Virus record (IMG/VR): IMGVR_UViG_3300025635_000088 | Span: 1 to 35,033 of that record | Length of the DNA: 35,033 bases | Reading direction: 5' to 3' (one strand) | Source of the DNA: a virus | Taxonomy: Duplodnaviria; Caudoviricetes | Shown: one piece after another, positions 26,110 through 33,644 of the stretch | Position numbering within the stretch: position 1 is the first letter of the stretch | Layout of the letters: each line of letters starts with the position of its first letter | Program-made: the position numbers and the translations under genes | Notes under the pieces: generated by a model | Told to the model about the DNA's origin: nothing | Seen by the model: only the letters and a program-made list of their open reading frames with translations | Databases searched by the model: none

Positions 26110-27923
26110 ATTTTAAAGAACAGTCCCCCGAAGCCCAAGCTACCGTCGATTTAGTTAATAAATTATTTCAAAAAGCTAAGAAAGCCCGAAAAGTTAAGCA
26201 GAATAAGTGGGAGGAGAACTTTGAGTTCTACCTTGGCAGACAGTGGCCCTATCGACGGCCCACATATAGGCATTCGGAAGTTGTTAATCTCATATTTGCG
26301 GCGGTTGAATCCGTCGTTCCTATTTTAACGGATAATCGTCCTCAGATTACGTTTATCCCAGAGGACATTGATGATCGTGATTTAGCAGAGGCTTTAACTA
26401 AGATTGCCGATTCGGACTGGACCCGTGAAGGTTGGTCCCATGTTTTAGGTGACATAATAAAGACGTCATTGATTTATGGGACTTCGGTCGGAGCTTTGGA
26501 GTTTGATCCAACTCAGGATGAACCAGAGGGTAAGATTGTATTTCGGTGCGTGGATAACTGGGAAGCTTATCCCGCCCCTAGGGCTAAAGACATAAACGAT
26601 GGCTCATGCCCTTACTTTATTGAGGCAATGACTATCCCTCTTGAAGAGGCTCGTGCGATGTTTCCCGACCTGGCTCATATGATTCAGGGCTCGGCACAGA
26701 CAGGCGTGCCCTCTCGATATGAGAAGTCTGATTTTGATACGACGCTAAATGCTAATGCTATTCGATCGAACGATGCCACCGACGATGCGGCTACCGCGTT
26801 CACTTCTCAAGAAGCCGAGAAGATTAAAGATTCAATGCTTATTAAGTGTTACATCCAAGATGAATCTGCCGAAGAGGTAGAGCAGATTGCTTGTAATCAT
26901 GATGGCTCTAAGAAAAAAGACGCTAGCGGTAAGTACATCACTGAAAAAGTTCAAAAGAAGAAATACCCAAACGGTCGTTTAATCGTAATCATTGATGACC
27001 TTCTCGCCTTTGATGGAGATAACCCTTACTTCGATGGCAAGCATCCTTATGCTCGTCTGATCGACTATCAAGTGCCTAATGAATTTTGGGGCATTGGTGA
27101 GGTGGAGCAATTAAAGAGCCCACAAAAGATGATCAACCGGCTTCTCTCTTTCATGATGGATACGGTTGTTTTGATGGGTAATCCGATTTGGGTAGCTGAC
27201 GTAGGCGCCATTGATACGGATCAGGTCACTAATCAACCGGGATTAATTGTAGAGAAGACTCAAGGCTCAGACGTTCATCGAGAGCCTGGTGTTGGAATAC
27301 CTGGTAACTTCTTATCTGTTTATCAACTTTGCATAGATGCTTTTGATCGCATATTTGGCTCGGGGGAGATTTCTCAAGGCTCGGCTCCTGGTGGGGTTAC
27401 ATCCGGTATTGCACTGGATTCTCTACAAGAGGCAGCGCAAACGAGAATTCGTCAAAAGGCTCGTAACTTAGAGAAGTTTTTAAATGAGATTGGGACGCTC
27501 TATGCGTCAAGGGTGCTGCAATTTTACAACACGCCACGATTGATTACAATTAACTCTGAGGGTGAGGGGCTTAACATCAAGCAGTTTAAGTTCCAGATTA
27601 ATCAAGACCCAGAAAATGTGGATTTCTATGTGGCGAAAGTTACAGAAGTGGTTCCGCAAGACCAAGCGCAAGCTCAAGAAGGCCAAACTAAAATATTTCG
27701 TACTAAGGGAATATTTGATGTCCGAGCGACTGTAGGCAGTAACCTTCCGTTTGCGAAGAGAGCTAAAGCGGACACGGCGATGAAATTATTTCAATTAGGT
27801 GTTTTAACACCGAAGAGATTATTAAAAGACTTAGACTATCCTCATGCGGATGAGATAGTTGGAGAATTGGAAAAACAACAAGCTGCTCAAGCGCAAGCTC
27901 AAGCGCAACAAGGGGGAAAATAA
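26094..27923 (+). CDS. Portal protein (P22-like)
   Basis: 609 aa; W.....FY.G.QW, FWG.G.VE.L...Q..IN, TSG.A...LQE; Gln-rich tail; follows TerL. Confidence 0.9.
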   Translation: MESNLDFKEQSPEAQATVDLVNKLFQKAKKARKVKQNKWEENFEFYLGRQWPYRRPTYRHSEVVNLIFAAVESVVPILTDNRPQITFIPEDIDDRDLAEALTKIADSDWTREGWSHVLGDIIKTSLIYGTSVGALEFDPTQDEPEGKIVFRCVDNWEAYPAPRAKDINDGSCPYFIEAMTIPLEEARAMFPDLAHMIQGSAQTGVPSRYEKSDFDTTLNANAIRSNDATDDAATAFTSQEAEKIKDSMLIKCYIQDESAEEVEQIACNHDGSKKKDASGKYITEKVQKKKYPNGRLIVIIDDLLAFDGDNPYFDGKHPYARLIDYQVPNEFWGIGEVEQLKSPQKMINRLLSFMMDTVVLMGNPIWVADVGAIDTDQVTNQPGLIVEKTQGSDVHREPGVGIPGNFLSVYQLCIDAFDRIFGSGEISQGSAPGGVTSGIALDSLQEAAQTRIRQKARNLEKFLNEIGTLYASRVLQFYNTPRLITINSEGEGLNIKQFKFQINQDPENVDFYVAKVTEVVPQDQAQAQEGQTKIFRTKGIFDVRATVGSNLPFAKRAKADTAMKLFQLGVLTPKRLLKDLDYPHADEIVGELEKQQAAQAQAQAQQGGK

Positions 27924-27924
27924 T

Positions 27925-28260
27925 ATGGCAGATAGAAAAGTAGTACCAGGAGCGCCCGCTGAGCCAACAGCAGCGCAACCAGCCGAAGGTCAGGCTTCTC
28001 AAGACCAAGTTCAGCAATTAGCTGATGCAATTTCAGGAGCACTTTCTGACATTGTTAGTAAAATGCAAAAAGTTTTGATGGCGCTTCAGAAGATGGGCGT
28101 CAATCCTGAGGATCTTCAAATGGTCGCTCAAGCTTATCAAATGTTTGAATCAAAAGTTTCAGAGGTTCTCGGTGTTGGTGGTGAAGAAGCCCCCGAACAA
28201 GAAGAATCTCAACCAGCAGTCGTCTCTCAAGAGGGCGGCGCTACTGGTAAACCTGTATAA
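27925..28260 (+). CDS. Hypothetical acidic head-assembly region protein
   Basis: ATG 27925 after AGGGGG SD; between portal and scaffold. Confidence 0.65.
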   Translation: MADRKVVPGAPAEPTAAQPAEGQASQDQVQQLADAISGALSDIVSKMQKVLMALQKMGVNPEDLQMVAQAYQMFESKVSEVLGVGGEEAPEQEESQPAVVSQEGGATGKPV

Positions 28261-28271
28261 AAGGAATTTAA

Positions 28272-29141
28272 ATGGAAAATAATACACCTGAAGCCGCACC
28301 GACAGAAGATGTCGATGCGCTACTTGAAAGTGTTTATAAGCCAGAAGCTCCCACACCCGTAGCTGAAGCTCCTCAGAAGACTGCGCCAGAAGCGCCAGCT
28401 CCTAAGAAGTTTACGCTTAAACGTGGGAATGATGTTTTTGAAAAAGATGAGACAGAAGTCTTAAGCCTTGCGCAAAAGGGTTTAGATTATGATCTCAACA
28501 ATCGCCTACTCCGACAGGAGCGCGAACTATTAGACTTAAAAAAGAAAGAACTGGGTGAAGTCGACCCAGAGCGGATAAAAGTTTGGAAGCAATACGACGA
28601 GTTCGCTGCTTCAAGGCCAGAGTTCGCAGAAGCTGTACTTAAAGAATATCAGCGCCTTCAAATGGGTCTCACCCCAGAGCAAGCTGCCAATCCTTTAGTG
28701 GATAAGGTGACTCGTCTCGAGGCTGAGCTAAACCAATTTAAGTCGGTTGCTGAGAAGCAAAAGTTACAGAAAGAAGATCAAGAATTAGATCATGCTATCA
28801 AGGAGACGCGCACCAAAGTTCTCCCAGAAATAAACTGGGAAGCTGCGGATGAGCATGGATTTACGAACGAGCATAAAGTTCTTCGACATATGACAGACAA
28901 TGGTTTTCCAACCTTTAAAGCTGCAGCGCTTGATTTATTTGCTGAAGAAGTAATGAATCAACGTGCACAAAAAGCAGCTGAAAAAGCTCTAGAAGATTTA
29001 CAGTCTAAATATAAAAAAGGCTTAGTGCTTAATAAGCGGATTACGGAACCTAGTTTTGTTAAGACGACTAAATCCATTAGAGACACCACATATGATGAAC
29101 TCCTCCAGCAGAGCATGAACGAGTTAGGGATAGGAGGATAA
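28272..29141 (+). CDS. Capsid scaffolding protein
   Basis: Acidic Pro/Ala N-terminus, L..LAQKG.DY motif, coiled coil; immediately upstream of the MCP. Confidence 0.8.
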   Translation: MENNTPEAAPTEDVDALLESVYKPEAPTPVAEAPQKTAPEAPAPKKFTLKRGNDVFEKDETEVLSLAQKGLDYDLNNRLLRQERELLDLKKKELGEVDPERIKVWKQYDEFAASRPEFAEAVLKEYQRLQMGLTPEQAANPLVDKVTRLEAELNQFKSVAEKQKLQKEDQELDHAIKETRTKVLPEINWEAADEHGFTNEHKVLRHMTDNGFPTFKAAALDLFAEEVMNQRAQKAAEKALEDLQSKYKKGLVLNKRITEPSFVKTTKSIRDTTYDELLQQSMNELGIGG

Positions 29142-29142
29142 C

Positions 29143-30063
29143 ATGGCCCTTACTTACGACCAAATCAGTGCAATCACTGAGAAAAACTTCATTAAGAAGT
29201 TGGTCGATAATATTTTCCGATCGAACGTTCTCACAGAGAGAATGCTTCGAAAGAACACAGTGAAGCTTGCCGGTGGCGAGCGCATTGTACAACCAGTAAT
29301 GTACGCACAATCATCTTCGGATGTTTGGTTTCAAGGAGCAGAAACTCTGAATACGACTGACGTCGAACAATTCAGCGCTTTCGAATTCCTTTGGAAGCAA
29401 GCTCAAGTGCCGATCAGTATCACCCGCTTAGATGAACTTAAGAACTCTGGCGATCAAGCCAAACTTAATTTCGTTAAAGAGAAGGTCAATTCTGCTGAAA
29501 TGACTTTGAAACAAGCGATCGGTGATGCGATGTACAATTCCGGTACAGATCCTAAGCAAATCGTCGGACTTTTGTCTGCCGTTGCTGCTTCTGGAACTTA
29601 TGGCGGAGTTTCTCGATCAGAAAACTCTTGGGCTAACGCTCAATTGGATTCTAGCACCACGACTTTAAGCATTGCCCATTTGCAATCACAATGGGGTGCT
29701 GCGTCTATTGATGCTGATACACCTACTATTACTGTGACCACACAAGCGATTTATAATCGTTACTATGGTCAACTACAACCGCAACAAAGATTTCAGGATT
29801 CAGATACAGCCAAAGGTGGCTTTATCTCCCTGATGTTCAATGGTGCCCCATTTGTGGTCGATCATAAGGTGCCCACTAGTAACTTACTGATGCTCAATGA
29901 GAACTATCTCTATTTGGCCATCCACAAGGACGAAGCTTTCCGTTTTCGTAAGTTCATGGATGAATCTAAACAAGCTGTTATGACTGCTCGTATTTTCTTT
30001 GCGGGGAACTTGGTTTGCTCCAATCCTCGTATGCAAGCAAGATCATCGGCATTGACATCGTAA
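29143..30063 (+). CDS. Major capsid protein (HK97 fold)
   Basis: AGGAGG SD; 306 aa; DNIF.SN, GG.RI..P, Q.QQRF, GF..L.FNG.P.V.D, G.L.CSNPR.Q. Confidence 0.9.
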   Translation: MALTYDQISAITEKNFIKKLVDNIFRSNVLTERMLRKNTVKLAGGERIVQPVMYAQSSSDVWFQGAETLNTTDVEQFSAFEFLWKQAQVPISITRLDELKNSGDQAKLNFVKEKVNSAEMTLKQAIGDAMYNSGTDPKQIVGLLSAVAASGTYGGVSRSENSWANAQLDSSTTTLSIAHLQSQWGAASIDADTPTITVTTQAIYNRYYGQLQPQQRFQDSDTAKGGFISLMFNGAPFVVDHKVPTSNLLMLNENYLYLAIHKDEAFRFRKFMDESKQAVMTARIFFAGNLVCSNPRMQARSSALTS

Positions 30064-30084
30064 TAGGAAGGGAGAAATAAAATT

Positions 30085-30564
30085 ATGTTTCCTATTGTAA
30101 ATATTCATCATGGAATTTCTGCCTATGTAGCCTCTGGTAGCCAAAAGCATGCCGTAGGCGACAGGATTGTGTATGGGGATGCCGAATACGTATTCATGTA
30201 TAACGGATCTAATACTGCAATCACCGCAGGACATTTCGTTCATATTCTAACTGGTGCGAGTGGATTCTCAGTTGTGCAATCAAGTGCAACCGGAGTTCAA
30301 AAACCAGTTGGAGTTAACGTTCACTCTCAAGCTGCGACTGGAGAATACTTCTGGGGTCTTGTTGCTGGAGTTTGCCCTCGTTTAGAGGTCACCTCTGCTC
30401 AACCCGCAGGTACTTTCATTTATGCGGCTGCGAACGGAACTGGTACTTCAACCCAGCCCACTGGATTGAATACTGCTCTTGGTTCGCTTGGATATATTGG
30501 CGCTCTTGGACAAGTAGTTAACAGCATTGCTGCTAACTCATCCGGGATGGTCTATATCTTCTAA
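30085..30564 (+). CDS. Capsid decoration/cement protein
   Basis: G.R....G.EYVF.Y and G.YFW...G pattern; Ala/Gly/Ser/Thr-rich; lies between the MCP and the terminator. Confidence 0.7.
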   Translation: MFPIVNIHHGISAYVASGSQKHAVGDRIVYGDAEYVFMYNGSNTAITAGHFVHILTGASGFSVVQSSATGVQKPVGVNVHSQAATGEYFWGLVAGVCPRLEVTSAQPAGTFIYAAANGTGTSTQPTGLNTALGSLGYIGALGQVVNSIAANSSGMVYIF

Positions 30565-30565
30565 G

Positions 30566-30597
30566 AATGCGGGGGGTGAAATTCCCCCCATTTTTTT
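30566..30597 (+). terminator. Rho-independent terminator after the capsid genes
   Basis: GGGGGG-TGAAATT-CCCCCC-A-TTTTTTT. Confidence 0.85.
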
Positions 30598-31842
30598 ATG
30601 CTAAGAAAAAACATAAATGTAGAACTCGAATACCAGCCACCAATACCGCATCCACCGATGCAGCTTCAGCACATGCATCAAAATACGGTGGCGAATGATA
30701 CTTCCACGATTAACTTCTGGAAGGATATTTGGGTTAGAAACATTGCTTCTAATAAAGAAAAGTTCGGATCATTTTTAACTAACGGACTACATAAGCTTTA
30801 TAGAATTTGGGATAAGCAACCAGTTATATTGATGGGCTCAGGTCCTTCATTAAAACAATATGCTAAATATTTAATTCCACACACTTCTGAAGATGGCGTT
30901 CAAAGAAAAGGTAATCCTGGTATTAAGGTCATGTCAGCTCTTCATAACTTTGCCTATCTTACTGATCTTGGAGTGCACGTTGATTATTGGGTCACTCTTG
31001 ATGGCGGTGAGGTGGTTATTGATGAAATGTTTGATGGGGCTACTAAGAAAATTCCTAGTAATAAAATAATTGCTACGAATCTTATGACTCAAAAATTTGC
31101 CTTTGCTAAAAAGTCAGAAAATCCAGTCATAGAATTTGAAATCGAAGCCGGTCAAAGCATTCAATTAGACATTTCTTTTAAAGAAAAACTACAAGGCGCG
31201 GTCGATCAGAAATTAATTAAGATCGAAGACGTGCCCGATCAGATTGATAAAGAGTTTTATCGAAACGCTGCTAAGAATCAGAAGTTAATTGCTTACATTG
31301 GAACCAATCCAAGACTTTGGGATAACTGGCTGGGCGAAGTTTATTGGTGTCAGTCCATCATGCCTAATCCTGATCTTAAAAGAAAAATGGATGAGATTGA
31401 GAAATATGAACTCATTGTTTCATCAGGTGGTAATGTTTTAGGCGCTTCGATGTATATCGCCAAAGCTATCTTTGGCTGTAATCCCTGTATATTCATGGGG
31501 GCTGATTTTAGTTTTTCATATGATAAACGGTTTCACTCGTTTGATTCTAAGTACGACACAGTTGGTCAAGGCATTCGAGTAAGAGATATTTATGGTAATG
31601 CGGTATGGAGTTGGAGTTCTTACTACGGCTTTAAGATGTGGTTTGACCTGAAATCCATGCAGGTCCCTGGTATTTATATAAACTGCTCAGATGGATGTAT
31701 GGGCGCTTATGAAAATGGAAATATCATTTCAATAATTCAAAAACACATAGAAGATGTCTTAGAGATGTATCGAATGGTCGATTATCTCAAAGAGGAATGT
31801 GAAAATCCCGGGGGCATTGCTTCAGGGAAAGTGCTTTTTTAA
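30598..31842 (+). CDS. maf: Maf-type (MAF_flag10/DUF115, MptE-like fold) putative nonulosonate glycosyltransferase
   Basis: W..NI..N, PVILMGSGPSL, L...GV.VDY.V.LD, GGNV.....Y.A...FG.NP.IFMGADFSF and INCS motifs match the Maf core. Confidence 0.8.
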   Translation: MLRKNINVELEYQPPIPHPPMQLQHMHQNTVANDTSTINFWKDIWVRNIASNKEKFGSFLTNGLHKLYRIWDKQPVILMGSGPSLKQYAKYLIPHTSEDGVQRKGNPGIKVMSALHNFAYLTDLGVHVDYWVTLDGGEVVIDEMFDGATKKIPSNKIIATNLMTQKFAFAKKSENPVIEFEIEAGQSIQLDISFKEKLQGAVDQKLIKIEDVPDQIDKEFYRNAAKNQKLIAYIGTNPRLWDNWLGEVYWCQSIMPNPDLKRKMDEIEKYELIVSSGGNVLGASMYIAKAIFGCNPCIFMGADFSFSYDKRFHSFDSKYDTVGQGIRVRDIYGNAVWSWSSYYGFKMWFDLKSMQVPGIYINCSDGCMGAYENGNIISIIQKHIEDVLEMYRMVDYLKEECENPGGIASGKVLF

Positions 31843-31851
31843 GGAGGAAGT

Positions 31852-32124
31852 ATGGCATTAACAGTAAGTCATTTAGGGAGTTCAGTTCACGGCAATCATA
31901 GATACATTGCTGCAAGGCTCACACCATCAACAACTGGTGAAGAAGTATGGACCACAGGACTTAATAATATTTTAGGGGGTTCAATTTGTTTAGGCTCAGC
32001 CGTAAGTGGTGGGGTTCGAATTGAATTGAATGAGTTATCAGCCTCCACAGCATCGCCTGGATCCGTAGCGATTCGATCGCATTCAGCCGGTGATGAAATT
32101 CAAATCATGGTATTTGGAGCCTAA
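31852..32124 (+). CDS. Small Ser/Thr/Gly-rich putative virion protein
   Basis: AAGGAGG SD; beta-rich; structural context. Confidence 0.6.
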   Translation: MALTVSHLGSSVHGNHRYIAARLTPSTTGEEVWTTGLNNILGGSICLGSAVSGGVRIELNELSASTASPGSVAIRSHSAGDEIQIMVFGA

Positions 32125-32125
32125 T

Positions 32126-32464
32126 GTGGCAGATCCAAGATTTTATGCATTAACAATTGCATCAGGAGCGACGTCTACCAACTCGGTTAGTGTGGGTGGA
32201 TGTACACGACTAATGTTGTATCACTCGGGGATAACCGCATTTAATGCTGGCGCTGGGAATACTACACTAAGATTGTGTGGTGGTCCGTCAGGAGCGGCAG
32301 GATTTCAGTTGTTATCTGCAATTATTCAGACAGATACATCTGGCGGAGCTTATAACTTCCCAGTGGGAGCTGCAGGACTTCAACGATATTACATTGAGCT
32401 TGGAACCGCAGCATCTTCTAACGGAAGTGGTACAGTATATTTAGTAGCTTCTGAAGATCGTTAA
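32126..32464 (+). CDS. Small Ser/Thr/Gly-rich putative virion protein
   Basis: GTG 32126 after GGAG; LTIASGATST start; beta-sandwich-like pattern. Confidence 0.6.
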   Translation: MADPRFYALTIASGATSTNSVSVGGCTRLMLYHSGITAFNAGAGNTTLRLCGGPSGAAGFQLLSAIIQTDTSGGAYNFPVGAAGLQRYYIELGTAASSNGSGTVYLVASEDR

Positions 32465-32509
32465 TAAACAAATACGACTACCCTTAACTGGGCTCGTAAA
32501 GGAGTATAT

Positions 32510-33037
32510 ATGTCAGCGATAGCGCCAATTGATAAACCAGAGGCCATTGGGCGTATCTGGAATAATTCAGATAAAGAATATAAAGAAAAGTTTCGAGGTC
32601 AGTTAATTACAATCCCTGCTCGTGGATTTCATGAAATGGAATACTACGACGCCGTTATGTTTTTTGGCCAATACGTAAGGCCAGAAAAGGATGACTCAGG
32701 GAATTACATTAACTGTAAACCACTACGGTTAGAGAAGATCGCCTCAGGATCAACTGCCACCTCGACTAAATTTATATCTCATGCTGATGGCAAAGTATTT
32801 GCAACGGCTGAAGAGCTTGATGCTCACCTAAAGGCTAATGCAGATAAATTCATCCCACAAAAAGATGAAGAATTAGAAAAGGCTCTCGCTGCAAGGAATA
32901 AGACCGATGAAGCTTTAGGCAAAGTCATGGACGCTTTAAGTACATTAGCTACCAGACTAGATAAGCTTGAAGCTCCAAAGAGGGGTAAGAAGCGTGACAC
33001 CAGCGGAGATCATAACAGCAGCGAGACAGTCGACTAA
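32510..33037 (+). CDS. Hypothetical head-completion region protein (degenerate C2H2-like segment plus coiled coil)
   Basis: AAGGAG SD; DGKVF.T.EEL.AH; basic PKRGKKR tail. Confidence 0.6.
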   Translation: MSAIAPIDKPEAIGRIWNNSDKEYKEKFRGQLITIPARGFHEMEYYDAVMFFGQYVRPEKDDSGNYINCKPLRLEKIASGSTATSTKFISHADGKVFATAEELDAHLKANADKFIPQKDEELEKALAARNKTDEALGKVMDALSTLATRLDKLEAPKRGKKRDTSGDHNSSETVD

Positions 33038-33644
33038 TAACGAGTCGTCGACATATTTTTCCGACTCCGAACTTTATACTTATTTAGAGTTTGGAATAAA
33101 AGAAGCTGCGACTCAGTGTCTCGTCATTGAAACTACTGATACGACACTTGTGAGTGTTGCGGATCAGGCTGACTACACACTTCCAACGAATATCTTTTCT
33201 ATTAAAAGAGTCACGTATGATGGTGTGAAGTTAAGACCTTCGACTCTAACAGAACTCGATAAGCTTACTTCGGCTATTCAAAACACAGATTCTACTGGAA
33301 CTCCTAGATTTTATAATCATTGGGGAACTACTCTGACTCTGACTCCAACTCCTGATACTTCAGCATTAGAAATTAAACTGTGGGCTTATAAAACTCAGCC
33401 TACGATTGATAGCATGACTACGTTAAGTGCTCCTGCTGAGTTACATCACTACTTTATCGATTATGTCGTTTATCGAATGTACTTAAAAGAAGGGGACGCT
33501 TCTAGATCCTCTTCTCATGCTCAACTTTGGGCGGATCATAAGAGATACATGCGGCAATACATGCAAGAGCGTAAACGTCGCGACGGATTTAATATCGTTC
33601 AAAACGAAGATCAAAGCATTAGTAACATTTTGGGTAAGGTGTAA
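32994..33644 (+). CDS. Head-tail adaptor (tail tubular protein A / P22 gp4-like position)
   Basis: GTG 32994; T..EII..AR, SD.EL..Y, Y.LP, GTP.FY, L.PTPD, H...DY...R.Y.K. Confidence 0.75.
   Translation: MTPAEIITAARQSTNNESSTYFSDSELYTYLEFGIKEAATQCLVIETTDTTLVSVADQADYTLPTNIFSIKRVTYDGVKLRPSTLTELDKLTSAIQNTDSTGTPRFYNHWGTTLTLTPTPDTSALEIKLWAYKTQPTIDSMTTLSAPAELHHYFIDYVVYRMYLKEGDASRSSSHAQLWADHKRYMRQYMQERKRRDGFNIVQNEDQSISNILGKV

Noticed and set aside
30598-31842. MptE 6-hydroxymethylpterin diphosphokinase (folate/methanopterin) call
   Set aside because: Shared fold only; the length, the C-terminal G.DFSF and INCS motifs and the CMP-nonulosonate genes favour a Maf-type transferase.
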